A DNA stretch of 32,000 nucleotides from Wolbachia endosymbiont of Cimex lectularius (lineage in GTDB: Bacteria > Pseudomonadota > Alphaproteobacteria > Rickettsiales > Anaplasmataceae), in contig NZ_AP013028.1 in the NCBI RefSeq assembly GCF_000829315.1, positions 210,001 through 242,000 on the forward strand, given 5' to 3'. Of the stretch, positions 9,954 to 21,233 are shown in pieces. The first letter of the stretch is position 1. Each line of letters starts with the position of its first letter. The notes beneath the pieces were generated by a model. That model did no database searches. It was not told the DNA's origin and was given only the letters and a program-made list of their open reading frames with translations. Position numbers and translations under genes: made by a program.

Positions 9954-10238
9954 ATGAGTAGATCTGCGTGGAAACCACCTTTTTGTCACCCGTCTGTGCT
10001 AAAGTTAGTGAATAGAGCTTTAAAGGAGGGTTCTATTAATAAGGTGATAAAAATTCATTCTAGAGCTTCTGTAATTCTTCCTAATTGTTTAGGTTTAAAA
10101 TTTGCTGTTTATAATGGTAAAGATTACATTCCTGTTAATGTTAATGATCAGAATATGATAGGTCATAAATTTGGTGAGTTTTCGCCTACTCGTAAGTTTA
10201 CTGGGCATAGTGGTGATAAAAAGGCAGCAAGAAGGTAA
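9954..10238 (+). CDS. rpsS: 30S ribosomal protein S19
   Basis: 94-aa ORF, S19-like ([12 protein letters not shown]...[13 protein letters not shown]). Confidence 0.95.
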   Translation: MSRSAWKPPFCHPSVLKLVNRALKEGSINKVIKIHSRASVILPNCLGLKFAVYNGKDYIPVNVNDQNMIGHKFGEFSPTRKFTGHSGDKKAARR

Positions 10239-10243
10239 TTAAT

Positions 10244-10594
10244 ATGAAAAACAAGTACACAGTAATTAAAGCTAGTTCTAGAGTTTTAAAATCCACTCCT
10301 CGTAAGTTAAACTTAGTTGCAAATTTAGTACGCAATAAAAAAGTTTCTTTTGCTACTGTGCAATTGAGGTTTTGCGAAAAGAAAGCTGCTGGCCTTATAG
10401 GGAAAGTATTAAATTCTGCAATTGCTAATGCTCAATATAATTATGGATTGGATATTGATAATCTATATATAAAGGAAGTTTTGGTAGGTAAGTCTTTTAC
10501 TTTGCGTAGGGTGTTCCAAAAAGCTATGGGTAGAGCTAATAGAATTAGCAAGCATTACAGCAATATAACTATAAAGTTAGAGGAAATTATATGA
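10244..10594 (+). CDS. rplV: 50S ribosomal protein L22
   Basis: 116-aa ORF with L22-like sequence and position. Confidence 0.92.
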   Translation: MKNKYTVIKASSRVLKSTPRKLNLVANLVRNKKVSFATVQLRFCEKKAAGLIGKVLNSAIANAQYNYGLDIDNLYIKEVLVGKSFTLRRVFQKAMGRANRISKHYSNITIKLEEII

Positions 10595-10632
10595 TTTGTA
10601 AGAGTATAAAATTAGTGAGGAAAGTGTAAAAT

Positions 10633-11253
10633 ATGGGGCAGAAGGTTAATCCTATAGGATTTAGATTAAAAATAAATACTAATACCTGGGATTCTATTTG
10701 GTATGCTAATAAAGATTACAAAGAAAAATTGCATCAGGATTTATCTATTCGCAGTTACATAAATGAGTCTTTTAAGCACGCTGGTCTTTCCAAAATAATT
10801 ATAGAGCGCAAAGTTGATTTAGTGTCTGTAACGATACATTCTTCTAGACCTGGAGTGATAATAGGTAAGAAAGGCTTAGATATTGAGAAGGTAAAACAAA
10901 AAATAGCTGAGAAAGTAAAAAATAATGTGGAAGTGAATGTAGTAGGAATAAAAAGGCCTGAAGTAGATGCAGCTTTAATATCAAACAGCATAGCACAGCA
11001 ATTAGAGAAACGTGTTTCATTTAGAAGAGCAATGAAAAAAGCTATTCAAAGTTGTTTGAGAATGGGAGGTGGAGGTATCAAGGTAAGCTGTTCTGGGCGT
11101 CTTGGTGGAGCTGAGATAGCTCGTACTGAATGGTATAAAGAAGGTCGTTTGCCTTTACACACTTTACGTGCTAATATAGATTATGCTTTTTGTGAAGCAA
11201 AGACTATATATGGTATTATAGGAGTTAAGGTTTGGGTTTATGTTGTTAATTAA
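10633..11253 (+). CDS. rpsC: 30S ribosomal protein S3
   Basis: 206-aa ORF starting [12 protein letters not shown]..., with a KH domain (GVIIGKKG) and an upstream GAGGAAAG Shine-Dalgarno sequence. Confidence 0.96.
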   Translation: MGQKVNPIGFRLKINTNTWDSIWYANKDYKEKLHQDLSIRSYINESFKHAGLSKIIIERKVDLVSVTIHSSRPGVIIGKKGLDIEKVKQKIAEKVKNNVEVNVVGIKRPEVDAALISNSIAQQLEKRVSFRRAMKKAIQSCLRMGGGGIKVSCSGRLGGAEIARTEWYKEGRLPLHTLRANIDYAFCEAKTIYGIIGVKVWVYVVN

Positions 11254-11264
11254 GGCGTATTGAA

Positions 11265-11678
11265 ATGTTTGTTCCCAAAAAGAGTAAATATAGAAAGGTG
11301 TTTAAAGGGAGAATTAAGGGTAATGCAAAAGGTGGTAGCACACTATCTTTTGGCGATTACGGTTTAAAAGCTATAGAAGCAGGTAGAATTCAGTCTAAGC
11401 ATATTGAGACTGTGAGGCGTGTGATATCCAGAACGTTGAAACGTTCTGGTAAAGTGTGGATAAGAATTTTTCCTGATACTCCTGTTAGTAAAAAGCCAGC
11501 AGATGTACGGATGGGTAAAGGAAAAGGTAGTGTTGAATTTTGGGTATTTAAAGCTAAGCCTGGTAGGGTGTTGTTTGAGATTAGTAGTGATGTTCCCATG
11601 CATTTAGCAAGATTGGCGCTTGAAAAAGCAATTGCCAAGCTTCCTGTAAAATGTAAATTTATATCTAATCATAGTTGA
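11265..11678 (+). CDS. rplP: 50S ribosomal protein L16
   Basis: 137-aa ORF, L16-like ([13 protein letters not shown]). Confidence 0.95.
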   Translation: MFVPKKSKYRKVFKGRIKGNAKGGSTLSFGDYGLKAIEAGRIQSKHIETVRRVISRTLKRSGKVWIRIFPDTPVSKKPADVRMGKGKGSVEFWVFKAKPGRVLFEISSDVPMHLARLALEKAIAKLPVKCKFISNHS

Positions 11679-11686
11679 ACGGAGTT

Positions 11687-11893
11687 ATGATGGATATAGC
11701 TGATATTAGATCAAAATCCTCGCAAGAGTTGCATGAAATTCTTGTAAATTTGAGGAAAGAGTTTGTTAATTTAGTTTTTCAGAAGAAATTAGGACAGTGT
11801 AGTAATATTTTGCGTTTTGGCTTGATAAGAAAGAACATAGCTCGTATTTTAACTATATTAAATGAAAGAAGAATAGAGGAAGAGAATGCCTAA
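11687..11893 (+). CDS. rpmC: 50S ribosomal protein L29
   Basis: Small ORF between L16 and S17. The ATGs at 11687/11690 follow a GGAG and are preferred to the TTG at 11675 in the ORF track. Confidence 0.88.
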   Translation: MMDIADIRSKSSQELHEILVNLRKEFVNLVFQKKLGQCSNILRFGLIRKNIARILTILNERRIEEENA

Positions 11894-12119
11894 GAAGATT
11901 TTTTGTGGTGTTGTAACTAAAGCTGAGTGCGAAAAAACTGTAAAGGTTTCAGTATTGCGGGTATATAAGGATAAACTTTATAAAAAAGTTATAAAAAAAC
12001 ATAAAAAGTATACAGCACATGATGAGAATAATAGTTGCAAAGAAGGAGATAGGGTTTTTATACAAGAACACAAGCCTGTTTCTGCTACTAAAAAATGGGT
12101 TGTTGTGCAAGTTGAGTAA
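11886..12119 (+). CDS. rpsQ: 30S ribosomal protein S17
   Basis: 77-aa ORF with S17-like sequence and position. Overlaps rpmC by 8 nt. Confidence 0.92.
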   Translation: MPKKIFCGVVTKAECEKTVKVSVLRVYKDKLYKKVIKKHKKYTAHDENNSCKEGDRVFIQEHKPVSATKKWVVVQVE

Positions 12120-12128
12120 GGTGCTTAT

Positions 12129-12488
12129 ATGATTCAAAAAAATACGTTGTTAGAAGTAGCTGATAATTCTGGTGCACGTGAAGTGCTTTGTATTGGCTTG
12201 TTGGGCGGAAGGAAGTCTGCGTCTATAGGTGATACAATTATTGTGTCTACTAAATCTATCAACCCGAAAGGGAAGGTCGAGAAGGGAAAAGTATATAGAG
12301 CAGTTGTTGTTAGAGTGAGAAATCGTATTAGAAAGTCTGATAACTCTGTAATTTGTTTTTCTAGCAATGCTGTAGTTTTAGTTAATAATCAAGGTGAGCC
12401 GCTTGGTACTCGAGTGTTTGGCCCGGTGAAGAAATTGCCATCTGGTTCTTTTATGAAAATAATGTCATTAGCTGTTGAGGTTTTATAA
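12129..12488 (+). CDS. rplN: 50S ribosomal protein L14
   Basis: 119-aa ORF starting [16 protein letters not shown]..., a canonical L14 sequence. Confidence 0.97.
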   Translation: MIQKNTLLEVADNSGAREVLCIGLLGGRKSASIGDTIIVSTKSINPKGKVEKGKVYRAVVVRVRNRIRKSDNSVICFSSNAVVLVNNQGEPLGTRVFGPVKKLPSGSFMKIMSLAVEVL

Positions 12489-12805
12489 TGAGTGTAAAAA
12501 TAAGAAGTGGTGATGACGTTATAGTTTTAACTGGCAGGGATAGAAGAAAAGTTGGTAAAGTAATCAAAATTATCACACGTGATGCTAAAAAAAAGGCTAT
12601 TGTTTCTGGAGTGAATGTGCATAAGAAACATACTAAACCGAAAGCTGGTAGTAGTGGCGGTATACTAAATAAAGAGTTAGCTATTGATATATCTAACATT
12701 GCAATATTAGATCCTAAGTATAAAGCTCCAACTAGAGTAGGGTTTAAGATTATAGATGGTAAAAAAGTGCGTTTTGCAAAAGTTTCTGGGGAAGTAATAG
12801 ACTAG
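12488..12805 (+). CDS. rplX: 50S ribosomal protein L24
   Basis: 105-aa ORF with a KOW-like N-terminus ([21 protein letters not shown]). TAATG overlap with rplN. Confidence 0.93.
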   Translation: MSVKIRSGDDVIVLTGRDRRKVGKVIKIITRDAKKKAIVSGVNVHKKHTKPKAGSSGGILNKELAIDISNIAILDPKYKAPTRVGFKIIDGKKVRFAKVSGEVID

Positions 12806-12811
12806 GTTAAT

Positions 12812-13345
12812 ATGTTTAAAGAATTGTACAGAGATAATATAGTAAAATCCTTGAAGGACAAGTTTAACTACGGCAACATGATGCAAGTACCTAAGCTTGT
12901 CAAGGTATGTATTAATATGGGTGTTGGAAATGCTGCTATGGACAGTAAAGCAATAAATGAGCCGCTTGATGATCTATATTTAATTGCAGGGCAAAAGCCT
13001 ATATCAACGTTTGCAAAAAAATCCATTTCTGGTTTTAAGATAAGAAAAGGCGCTACAGTAGGTTGTAAAGTAACTTTGCGTAGAGATAAAATGTATGAAT
13101 TTTTAGAAAGATTGATATATGTTGCTTTACCGAGAGAAAAAGATTTTAGAGGATTTAGTGTAAAGCAATTTGACGGTAATGGTAATTTTTCCTTTGGTAT
13201 AAAGGAACATATCTCATTTTTAGAAATAGATTACGATAAAATAAGTAGGATTAGAGGTATGGATATCAATATTATAACAAGTACGACTAGTGATAAAGAA
13301 GCAAAAGAGTTATTGCTAGCTTTTAGGTTTCCCTTTTTTGATTAA
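12812..13345 (+). CDS. rplE: 50S ribosomal protein L5
   Basis: 177-aa ORF with L5-like sequence, in spc-operon order. Confidence 0.95.
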   Translation: MFKELYRDNIVKSLKDKFNYGNMMQVPKLVKVCINMGVGNAAMDSKAINEPLDDLYLIAGQKPISTFAKKSISGFKIRKGATVGCKVTLRRDKMYEFLERLIYVALPREKDFRGFSVKQFDGNGNFSFGIKEHISFLEIDYDKISRIRGMDINIITSTTSDKEAKELLLAFRFPFFD

Positions 13346-13361
13346 TTAAGAGAAGAGGTAT

Positions 13362-13670
13362 ATGGCAAAAAAATCTATGATACAAAGAAATCTTCGTAGG
13401 ATAAAATTGCACGATCAATATGAAGAGAAAAGAAAAAAGTTGAAATCTATAATAAATAATAGGAATATACCCATAAGTGAGAGGTTTGCAGCTCAAAATA
13501 AGCTGATTAAAGAGTTGCCTAGAGATTCTTCTCAAATCAGAATTAGAAATAGGTGCGCTTTAACAGGGAGGCCAAGAGGGGTATATAGAAAATTTGGTTT
13601 ATGTAGGATTGTTTTGCGTGATTTATGTTCTTTTGGAAAAATTCCAGGGGTTACGAAGTCTAGTTGGTAA
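13362..13670 (+). CDS. rpsN: 30S ribosomal protein S14
   Basis: 102-aa ORF of the long S14 form ([21 protein letters not shown]). Confidence 0.94.
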   Translation: MAKKSMIQRNLRRIKLHDQYEEKRKKLKSIINNRNIPISERFAAQNKLIKELPRDSSQIRIRNRCALTGRPRGVYRKFGLCRIVLRDLCSFGKIPGVTKSSW

Positions 13671-13689
13671 TATAATATAGGAGTATATT

Positions 13690-14085
13690 GTGGCGTTATC
13701 TGATAGTATTGGTGATTTTTTGACGAGGATACGTAATGCTCAATTGGCAATGCACAGGACAACAAGAGTTCTGTTTTCTAAGGTAAATTCTTCTATACTG
13801 AAAATCTTAAAGGATGAAGGATATATCCTTGATTACCAGAAAGAAGTTATAGGCAATGTGCCATCTTTTATCGTAAAATTGAAGTATTATGAGAAGTCAC
13901 CTGTAATTAGTGATATAGTTAGAGTATCAAAACCTGGTTGTCGTCGTTATTCTAGGTGCAGGGACATTGCTAAGGCATATAATGGACTTGGTATTTTTAT
14001 TATATCTACGTCTAAAGGAGTGATGACTGATTACAATGCACATAAATTGAAAGTTGGTGGAGAAGTTTTGTGTCGTGTATTTTAA
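13690..14085 (+). CDS. rpsH: 30S ribosomal protein S8
   Basis: 131-aa ORF. GTG start 6 nt after AGGAG. Contains [13 protein letters not shown]. Confidence 0.95.
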   Translation: MALSDSIGDFLTRIRNAQLAMHRTTRVLFSKVNSSILKILKDEGYILDYQKEVIGNVPSFIVKLKYYEKSPVISDIVRVSKPGCRRYSRCRDIAKAYNGLGIFIISTSKGVMTDYNAHKLKVGGEVLCRVF

Positions 14086-14101
14086 GTAGTAGGAGGAGTT
14101 T

Positions 14102-14647
14102 ATGTCTCGTATAGGTGCTGCGCCTATCAATATTCCTGCTGGTGTTTCAGTTGAGTATAATGATGGTAAAATGTTAATAAAAAGTGCCAAGGTGGAAAAA
14201 GAACTTAGGCTATGCAGTGATGTTGTATGCCATGTTGTTGATAATCAGTTGCTGCTTTCTGTTGATCAAGGCAAGGATAATTATAATGAGATAAAGCCTA
14301 TATGGGGTACTTATAGGAGTAATATTAATAATATCATTAACGGCATGGTTAATGGTTTCTCTGTTGATCTTGAAATTAATGGTGTTGGATATAAAGCAGA
14401 GTGTGATGGTAAATGTTTGACTTTATATCTTGGCTATAGCCATAATGTTAAGTATAAAGTACCTAAGGATGTTGAGATTAAGTGTGTAAAACCAACTCAC
14501 TTAGTAGTGAGTGGTATAGATAGGCAAAAAGTCTATGTGGTAGCATCCGATATATGCAAAATTAGAAAATACGACCCTTATAAAGGTAAGGGTATTGTAA
14601 TAAAAAACAAATTTATGTTGCGTAAAGTTGTAAGTAAAAAGAAGTAA
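14102..14647 (+). CDS. rplF: 50S ribosomal protein L6
   Basis: 181-aa ORF starting MSRIGAAPINIPAGV..., with L6 order. Confidence 0.94.
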   Translation: MSRIGAAPINIPAGVSVEYNDGKMLIKSAKVEKELRLCSDVVCHVVDNQLLLSVDQGKDNYNEIKPIWGTYRSNINNIINGMVNGFSVDLEINGVGYKAECDGKCLTLYLGYSHNVKYKVPKDVEIKCVKPTHLVVSGIDRQKVYVVASDICKIRKYDPYKGKGIVIKNKFMLRKVVSKKK

Positions 14648-14652
14648 TTAAG

Positions 14653-15024
14653 ATGAGAAGGTTGTATAATTTTTTAAGTAATTCTGAAAAAAGGAAATTA
14701 CGTAATAGAAAGAAGCTCAATAACGGCGCTAAGCGTTTACGTATATCCATATTCAAGTCCAATAGGCATTTTTATGCTCAGTTAATCAATGACGAAAAAG
14801 GAGTGACTCTCACCTCTGCTTCTACTTTGGATGCTAAAATTAGGGGTGTATGTAAAGGTAGGGTCAACGCTGAAACTGTAAAACAGGTTTCTTCTTTAAT
14901 GGTTGAACGTCTATCTGATATGAAATTAGGGCAAGAGTTGGTGTTTGACCGTGGAGCATGTAAGTACACAGGGTTGGTTTCTCAATTTGCTGAGGCTTTA
15001 AGAAGTTCTGGATTTAAGTTTTAG
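14653..15024 (+). CDS. rplR: 50S ribosomal protein L18
   Basis: 123-aa ORF, L18-like (RLRISIFKSNRHFYAQLI). Confidence 0.93.
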   Translation: MRRLYNFLSNSEKRKLRNRKKLNNGAKRLRISIFKSNRHFYAQLINDEKGVTLTSASTLDAKIRGVCKGRVNAETVKQVSSLMVERLSDMKLGQELVFDRGACKYTGLVSQFAEALRSSGFKF

Positions 15025-15036
15025 AAGGTTTTAAAT

Positions 15037-15549
15037 ATGGCTGTAAAAAATTTACAAAATAACAACGATTTATCAGAGCTTTTAGTTTCAGTACGAAGAG
15101 TGACAACAGTTACCAAAGGTGGTAGAAGATTTTCATTTTCAATTTTGGTCGTTGTTGGAGACGAGAAGAGTAGGGTAGGATGCGGAATGGGCAAACACGC
15201 AGAGGTTGCTGAAGCAAGGATAAAAGCTGTAAATGCTGCAAAAAAATCGATGATTAGAGTGTACTTGCGTGAAGGTAGAACTTTGCATCATGATATTAAA
15301 GCTAAATTTTGCTCTGGTGAAATAGTTTTAAGAGCAGCTAGAGCTGGAACAGGTATTATTGCCGGTGGAGCGATTAGGTCGGTTTTTGAAGTGCTAGGCA
15401 TAAAAGATGTAGTAGCTAAGTCTACGAGATCAAACAATCCTCATAATGTTATATGTGCAGTGTTTAGAGCTTTTGATAATATGTTATCTCCTCGTCAAGT
15501 GGCAAGCAAAAGGGGCAAAAAGATTAGCGAGATAGTTGGAAATAGGTAA
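15037..15549 (+). CDS. rpsE: 30S ribosomal protein S5
   Basis: 170-aa ORF, S5-like ([24 protein letters not shown]). Confidence 0.95.
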   Translation: MAVKNLQNNNDLSELLVSVRRVTTVTKGGRRFSFSILVVVGDEKSRVGCGMGKHAEVAEARIKAVNAAKKSMIRVYLREGRTLHHDIKAKFCSGEIVLRAARAGTGIIAGGAIRSVFEVLGIKDVVAKSTRSNNPHNVICAVFRAFDNMLSPRQVASKRGKKISEIVGNR

Positions 15550-15552
15550 AGT

Positions 15553-16023
15553 ATGAATAATGCTATAAAATTAAACTCTATATTTACTAAGTTATCGAAA
15601 AAAAAGAAGCCTAAGTTGCTAGGTAGAGGTATTGGTTGTGGTAAAGGTAAAACATCTGGTAGGGGACATAAAGGGCAAAAGGCTAGAAGTGGCGTTTCCA
15701 TAAATGGATTTGAAGGCGGACAACAGTCTATATATACTCGTTTACCTAAAAGAGGTTTTAACCCTATACGTAGGAATATATGCTTCATAATTAATGTCGG
15801 TGATGTACAGCGTTTAATAGAAACTAAGAAAATAGTAAAAGATTCTGTTATAGACAAAGAGGTGCTGTGTAAACTAGGTTTCATAAAGTCTGTCAAGGAT
15901 AAAATCAAGCTTCTTAATAAAGGTAAGCTGACTGAGAGGTGTGTATTTCACGTTAATTGTGCGTCAGAAGCTGCAAAAAAATCTGTAGCTTCAGTTGGTG
16001 GTAGTGTGGAAATACTATCATAA
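15553..16023 (+). CDS. rplO: 50S ribosomal protein L15
   Basis: 156-aa ORF, L15-like (GRGIGCGKGKTSGRGHKGQKARSG). Starts 3 nt after the rpsE stop, leaving no room for rpmD. Confidence 0.94.
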   Translation: MNNAIKLNSIFTKLSKKKKPKLLGRGIGCGKGKTSGRGHKGQKARSGVSINGFEGGQQSIYTRLPKRGFNPIRRNICFIINVGDVQRLIETKKIVKDSVIDKEVLCKLGFIKSVKDKIKLLNKGKLTERCVFHVNCASEAAKKSVASVGGSVEILS

Positions 16024-17355
16024 ATGATGAGCAGCAAATCCGCATTTAATAGTTTGGATCCTGCATTATTATATAAAGGCGATTTATTGAAGCGTATGTT
16101 TTTTACGCTAATCGCTTTAATTTGTTATCGTCTAGGTACTTATGTGCCTATTCCTGGAATTAACCTTGATATAATTAATGATATATTCCCTAAAGAAGGT
16201 TCTGGTGTTTTTGGAGTATTTAATTTATTTTCTGGTGGTGCATTAGCTAGGATGACAATCTTAGCACTAAGTGTTATGCCATACATAGTTGCATCTATAG
16301 TTATGCAGTTATTATCTTCTGCCATCAAAGGAATTAATGAAGTTAAAAATGATGGGGAATCAGGACGTCGAAAGATGAATTCCTACATACGGTATATGAC
16401 TATAGTGTTTTGTGTATTTCAATCGATTACTATTTTAATCGGATTAGAAAAAATGAATAGGGAAGGGGCATTAATTGTAATCGAACCTGGTCTTATGTTT
16501 CGTACAGTAGGTGTTTTCAGCCTTTTAGGTGGAACTATGTTTCTAATATGGCTTGGTGAGCAAATTAGTGCTAATGGTATAGGTAATGGTATCTCATTAA
16601 TTATTTTTACTGGCATAATATCAGAGCTACATAGTGCTTTTTCATCTCTGTTAACATTGAATAAAAACGGTAGCATATCGTTATTTATTATCCTTCTTAT
16701 TTTGGCGGTGTTTTTTTTGCTGTTGCTTTTGGTTATTTTTGTAGAGTCTTCTTATAGAAAAGTCATTGTTCAGTATCCTAAAAAGCAGTTTAAAAAATTA
16801 CATAATGACGATTTTACTTATATCCCATTAAAGATTAATTTATCTGGCGTAATACCAACTATTTTTGCTAATGCAATTTTACTTACACCTATTTCAATTG
16901 CGAATTTCTATAAGGGATATGCTTTTTCTGACTTTATTTTGAACTATTTTATGGCAAATAAAGTAGTTTATATTGTAGCTTACTTAGCGTTTATAATATT
17001 TTTTAACTTCTTCTACACCAATTTTATATTTAACCCAGAAGAAAATGCCGATTTTCTTAAAAAAAATGGTGGTTTTATACCTGGTAGAAGGCCTGGAAAA
17101 CATACTTCTGATTACCTTCAAGATATAGTTTTTAAATTGACGTTCATTGGCTCTACATATTTGGTGGTTATATGTGCTGTACCTGAAGTCATAAGGTATT
17201 ATTATGATATACCATTTATTTTTGGTGGAACGAGCTTATTGATTATAGTTAACGTTGTTACTGATACTATTATGCAAATACAGTCCTATATCTTTTCGAA
17301 TAGATATGATAGCTGGATAAAAAAATATGAGTCTAAAACGAGAAAATTAAGATGA
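16024..17355 (+). CDS. secY: Preprotein translocase subunit SecY
   Basis: 443-aa polytopic membrane ORF in the canonical position after rplO. Confidence 0.95.
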   Translation: MMSSKSAFNSLDPALLYKGDLLKRMFFTLIALICYRLGTYVPIPGINLDIINDIFPKEGSGVFGVFNLFSGGALARMTILALSVMPYIVASIVMQLLSSAIKGINEVKNDGESGRRKMNSYIRYMTIVFCVFQSITILIGLEKMNREGALIVIEPGLMFRTVGVFSLLGGTMFLIWLGEQISANGIGNGISLIIFTGIISELHSAFSSLLTLNKNGSISLFIILLILAVFFLLLLLVIFVESSYRKVIVQYPKKQFKKLHNDDFTYIPLKINLSGVIPTIFANAILLTPISIANFYKGYAFSDFILNYFMANKVVYIVAYLAFIIFFNFFYTNFIFNPEENADFLKKNGGFIPGRRPGKHTSDYLQDIVFKLTFIGSTYLVVICAVPEVIRYYYDIPFIFGGTSLLIIVNVVTDTIMQIQSYIFSNRYDSWIKKYESKTRKLR

Positions 17356-18002
17356 TTATTACAATTTTTGGTCCTCCTGGCTCCGGTAAAGGCACTCAAT
17401 CGAGTCTGCTAATAGCAAAGTATAACTTAAAGCTAATTTCAGTAGGGAATTTATTGAGAAATATTATATCTAGCAACAGCGAATTAGGTAAAAAAATAAA
17501 GGATACCGTAGAATCCGGTAATTTGATTCAAGATAAAGTTATATGTGAGTTATTACGTGACCAGCTTGCACTGGTAGATGATAATTTTTTGTTGGATGGT
17601 TTTCCGAGAAATTTAAATCAAGCTCGTTTCTTAACTCAAACCTTGCTGGAGAGATATAATAGAGATGTGGATATTGTTATTGAGTTACAGCTTGATGATA
17701 AGATTGCGGTTAATAGGTTAAAGAGTCGCCTTGTGTGTTTAGACTGCAAAAGTGTATACAGTGTATCTTCTCTTAAGAATGATGACGGTCTTGTTTGTAT
17801 GAAATGTAAAAGTACAAGGCTAGAAAGGAGAATTGATGATTCTGACTTATCCGCAATTAATAGAAGAATAAGTGAATATCACATCCAAATAAAGAGTTTA
17901 CGTGAATATTATAAAGACAAATTGTTAACGATCAATGCTAATCTTAATGTTGATCAGGTAAGACAAGAGATCGAAAACAAAATTTCTTGCAATTTAGTTT
18001 GA
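17352..18002 (+). CDS. adk: Adenylate kinase
   Basis: 216-aa ORF with P-loop [10 protein letters not shown] and a CxxC...CxxC lid (CLDC...CMKC). ATGA overlap with secY. Confidence 0.93.
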   Translation: MIITIFGPPGSGKGTQSSLLIAKYNLKLISVGNLLRNIISSNSELGKKIKDTVESGNLIQDKVICELLRDQLALVDDNFLLDGFPRNLNQARFLTQTLLERYNRDVDIVIELQLDDKIAVNRLKSRLVCLDCKSVYSVSSLKNDDGLVCMKCKSTRLERRIDDSDLSAINRRISEYHIQIKSLREYYKDKLLTINANLNVDQVRQEIENKISCNLV

Positions 18003-18026
18003 CTCTGGATTGTTTTATGGTATAAA
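17999..18026 (+). promoter_or_regulatory. Candidate internal promoter for rpsM-rpsK-rpoA-rplQ
   Basis: TTGACT (17999-18004, overlapping the adk stop), a 16-bp spacer ending in TGg, then TATAAA (18021-18026). This is an extended -10 configuration 36 bp upstream of the rpsM GTG. Confidence 0.5.
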
Positions 18027-18061
18027 TTAAGAGTTATTATTAATAAAGTATCGGAGTACCA

Positions 18062-18430
18062 GTGGCACGTATTGCGGGTGTAAATGTTCCAGTAAAGAAA
18101 TGTGTTCCTTTTGCATTAACTTATATATATGGTATAGGTATTGCTACTGCAAACACAATTTGTCATGCTAGTGAAATTGATAAGAGCAAACGTGTTTCGG
18201 AATTACAAGATAAAGACATAGAAAAGATCAGCAGTTTCATTAGGCAGAATTATTCTATAGAAGGTGAGCTGAGAAAAGAAGTGGCTATGAATATAAAGTT
18301 TTTAGTGGAAATGGGATGCTATAGAGGAATGAGACACAGAAAAGGTTTGCCTGTAAGAGGGCAAAGGACTCATACCAATGCTAAAACTCGTAAAGGTAGA
18401 TCTCGTTTGCCTATTGCTGGAAAAAAATAA
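18062..18430 (+). CDS. rpsM: 30S ribosomal protein S13
   Basis: 122-aa ORF with GTG start after GGAG, beginning [10 protein letters not shown]... Confidence 0.95.
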   Translation: MARIAGVNVPVKKCVPFALTYIYGIGIATANTICHASEIDKSKRVSELQDKDIEKISSFIRQNYSIEGELRKEVAMNIKFLVEMGCYRGMRHRKGLPVRGQRTHTNAKTRKGRSRLPIAGKK

Positions 18431-18454
18431 GATTTGTTATTATTGTAAATTTTA

Positions 18455-18841
18455 ATGAAAAAGGTCAGAACAGTTGGTAAAAGTGCAAAAAAGTTTGTTA
18501 CTGGAGTTGTCCATATTCGTGCAACTTTTAATAATACCTTTATAAATGTAACTGACGTTCAGGGTAACACCCTATACCAAACGTCTGTAGGTGCACATGG
18601 TTTCTCAGGTTCAAGGAAATCTACACCTTATGCTGCAGGTAAAGCTTCGGAGTCTGCTGCAAAGGTTGCAGTAGAAAGGTTTGGTATGAAAGTTGTTTCT
18701 GTGGTAATTCGTGGCCCTGGTTTTGGGGCTGAAGCTGCGGTTAAGGCACTTCAGGGATGTGGGTTCACAGTAACCTCAATTGCGGATAAGACTGCGATTC
18801 CTCATAATGGGTGCAGATTAAGAAAAAAAAGAAGAGTATAA
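18455..18841 (+). CDS. rpsK: 30S ribosomal protein S11
   Basis: 128-aa ORF, S11-like ([15 protein letters not shown]...[10 protein letters not shown]). Confidence 0.95.
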   Translation: MKKVRTVGKSAKKFVTGVVHIRATFNNTFINVTDVQGNTLYQTSVGAHGFSGSRKSTPYAAGKASESAAKVAVERFGMKVVSVVIRGPGFGAEAAVKALQGCGFTVTSIADKTAIPHNGCRLRKKRRV

Positions 18842-18862
18842 AATATTTGAAAAGGTTATTTT

Positions 18863-19930
18863 ATGTATTATAACGATAGTGTTTCTATTTTTAGCAACTT
18901 AGATAAATTGACTAGGCCTAATTCAATGAAGGTAGTGCCAGGTGATTCAAGTGAAAAAGGCGATATAGTACTGGAACCATTGGAGAGTGGTTTTGCTTTA
19001 ACACTTGGTAATGCATTAAGGCGTGTGATGCTATCTTCTCTTATAGGTAGTGCTGTTTATGGAATAAAAATCGAGGGCATAACTCATGAGTTTACTTCAA
19101 TTCAAGGAGTAAGAGAAGATGTAACTGATATAATATTAAATATGAGTATGTTGAGGTGTAAGTTGAATGGCACTTCCAATAAATGCTTGAGTTTAAGTGC
19201 TAAAGGACCTTGTCAGGTATCGGCTGGGATGATAGAAACTGATGATCAGTGTTCTATTGTTAATAAAGATCTGCTGATATGTACACTTGGGCAGAATGTG
19301 GAGCTCAACATGACTATATATGCGGCTAGTGGAAAAGGCTACCTTCCTGTCGCTAAATATAAGGAAAACGAATTTTTGAAGTTAATGAATGAGCAAGATC
19401 TAATAGGGTTCATTCCGGTTAATGCTTTATATAGTCCTGTCAATAGAGTTTCATATAAGGTGGAGAATAGTCGTGTTGGTCAAGTTACTGATAAGAATAA
19501 GTTGATATTATCAGTTGAGACTGATGGTACAATTTCTCCAAGTCAAGCTGTTGACTCTGCTGCAAGGATATTACAGGAACAACTTCAGCCTTTTATTAGC
19601 TCTGACGTAAGTTATAAAAAATCGCAGGCTTCCTCATCTAATGGTTATAGGGATTTGGGTTACGACCCTATCTTATTGTGCAAAATGGACGAGATGGAGC
19701 TGTCTGTTAGGTCACATAATTGCTTGAAAAATGAAAATATCACTTATATAGGTGATCTTGTACAAAGAACAGAAAGTGAAATGCTAAGAACTGCTAATTT
19801 TGGTAGAAAGTCCTTGAATGAGATTAAGGCAGTTTTAAATAATTTCGGCTTGTCTTTGGGTATGGATGTTCCAAATTGGCCACCTAAAGACATAGATGAA
19901 TTGGCTAGACAACATACTGATGAAGATTAG
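18863..19930 (+). CDS. rpoA: DNA-directed RNA polymerase subunit alpha
   Basis: 355-aa ORF with alpha NTD ([23 protein letters not shown]) and CTD ([21 protein letters not shown]). Confidence 0.95.
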   Translation: MYYNDSVSIFSNLDKLTRPNSMKVVPGDSSEKGDIVLEPLESGFALTLGNALRRVMLSSLIGSAVYGIKIEGITHEFTSIQGVREDVTDIILNMSMLRCKLNGTSNKCLSLSAKGPCQVSAGMIETDDQCSIVNKDLLICTLGQNVELNMTIYAASGKGYLPVAKYKENEFLKLMNEQDLIGFIPVNALYSPVNRVSYKVENSRVGQVTDKNKLILSVETDGTISPSQAVDSAARILQEQLQPFISSDVSYKKSQASSSNGYRDLGYDPILLCKMDEMELSVRSHNCLKNENITYIGDLVQRTESEMLRTANFGRKSLNEIKAVLNNFGLSLGMDVPNWPPKDIDELARQHTDED

Positions 19931-19937
19931 GTAATAT

Positions 19938-20366
19938 ATGAAACATGGAATGAAAAAGCGCAAGCTGTCTCGTCACACTGAACATAGGTTGTCGATGTTG
20001 AAGAACCTATCTATCTCATTAATTAACCATGAGCAGATTATAACTACTCTACCAAAAGCTAAAGAACTTCGTCCGTATATGGAAAAATTTATTACAATTG
20101 CTAAGAATAAGAATACTTTACACGGTAGAAGACTTTTGCTTTCACGCCTTCATAATAATAGGTTAGCAGTTGATAAGTTATTAAACGTTTTAGCTGTTCG
20201 TTATCAAAATCGTAAAGGTGGGTATTCTAGGATAATAAAGTTTAACATTCGAAAGGGTGATTGTGCTTCAATGGCAGTGATAGAACTAATTGATAGGGAT
20301 GTTACAGCAAAAGGTAAGGTTTATAGCAAAAATAAAGAAGAAAATAAAGTAGTTACAAAAAGTTAA
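19938..20366 (+). CDS. rplQ: 50S ribosomal protein L17
   Basis: 142-aa ORF, L17-like (MKHGMKKRKLSRHTEHR), following rpoA. Confidence 0.94.
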   Translation: MKHGMKKRKLSRHTEHRLSMLKNLSISLINHEQIITTLPKAKELRPYMEKFITIAKNKNTLHGRRLLLSRLHNNRLAVDKLLNVLAVRYQNRKGGYSRIIKFNIRKGDCASMAVIELIDRDVTAKGKVYSKNKEENKVVTKS

Positions 20367-20389
20367 TTATTATCATAATTTTTTTTCTT

Positions 20390-20752
20390 ATGATAAATAA
20401 GTTACACTATCTTATAGGTTATTTTGGTGAGTTATTAACTTTAATATATTTAAAGTTAAAGTGGTATAATGTTATAAAGCACCGTTATCGTTGTAGGTTA
20501 GGTGAAGTTGACTTAATTGTATCTAAAAAAAAAGAATTGATTTTTATAGAAGTTAAAACAAGCTTACTTGGAAAAGAAATACCGATATCTTCTCTTCAAT
20601 ATCAGTCCATTGTAAATTCCTCTAAATATTTTCTAAGTAAAAACCTTAGTTTTTTAGATTATTCGGTTAGGTATGATTTATGTTTTCTTTCCTTAAAAAA
20701 AGGACCTGTCTATATAAAAAATGCTTGGATTGAAGAGAAATCCCAATGGTAA
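20390..20752 (+). CDS. YraN/UPF0102-family endonuclease-like protein
   Basis: 120-aa ORF with the family-typical GEVDLIV...LIFIEVKT core. Confidence 0.65.
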   Translation: MINKLHYLIGYFGELLTLIYLKLKWYNVIKHRYRCRLGEVDLIVSKKKELIFIEVKTSLLGKEIPISSLQYQSIVNSSKYFLSKNLSFLDYSVRYDLCFLSLKKGPVYIKNAWIEEKSQW

Positions 20753-20835
20753 ATTAAAAAGTTTCCTCACGATTAAAGGTGTAGCGAATTTATTATGTAT
20801 CTTGTTTGATAACGAAAATTGATATAACCTTTATG

Positions 20836-21230
20836 CTTAAGAAATTTACCAAATGGAGAAAAAAGCAAAAGAAACCCCATGGTAGCTAGTTATTTACTTT
20901 TGTGTCGAAATGTTGGCGTTTTCTTATCCTAAACGCTTAATAAGTGCGACTTAGTTGCTTTTTAATGCAACTAACCTTAGCAATAAACATTTAAGAAATT
21001 CACTAAGCAGAAAAAAAGCAAAAGAAACCCCGAGTAGCTAGTTATTCACTATCTATCTTATGATATTGGCGTTTTTGATGTCTTAAACGACTTATAAGCG
21101 CGTTTGAGCTTGTATAGGTAAAAAAACAGAAGTTTTTTTGTCGTTTAATCTGCACAGACTGAAGATAAATAATAGCTTTAACTCTATAATAACAGGGTTG
21201 GCGAAGGTTGTCAAGTAGTTTTTTTTATTT
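20836..21230 (+). repeat. Composite intergenic repeat, locus B (two ~140-bp units + tail; no palindromic head)
   Basis: Units start at 20836 (5'-truncated) and 20957. The tail GGCGAAGGTTGTCAAGTAG-T8 lies at 21200-21226. Aligns with loci A and C. Confidence 0.8.
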
Positions 21231-21233
21231 CTA

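Noticed and set aside
3367-11686. Upstream non-ATG starts from the ORF track: TTG 3367 for rpsG, GTG 9117 for rplB and TTG 11675 for rpmC
   Set aside because: Each overlaps the preceding stop codon and adds non-conserved residues. The nearby ATGs give canonical N-termini (MARRNK, MGIKF, MMDIAD).
15495-15908. 137-aa minus-strand ORF opposite rpsE/rplO, plus similar antisense ORFs in ispG, fusA, rplB, rpsC, rplP, secY, the PstS-like gene (21371-21700) and polA (30300-30485, 30839-31063)
   Set aside because: Each lies entirely within a strongly supported conserved gene on the other strand. They have no recognisable domains and are typical AT-rich shadow ORFs.
20370-20396. Hairpin TTATCATAA-N9-TTATGATAA between rplQ and the YraN-like gene, considered as a terminator
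   Set aside because: The stem is almost all A-T and has no trailing T-run. It overlaps the downstream start codon, so it may be incidental or a weak translational element. It is not supportable as a terminator.
1577-21125. The tandem ~140-bp units considered as a CRISPR-like array, or as encoding a Lys-rich peptide (KKFTKRRKKQKKP)
   Set aside because: The units are far longer than CRISPR repeats, directly abut without spacers, and have no cas genes nearby. The Lys-rich frame is not conserved between units: indels change the frame and stops appear at different places.
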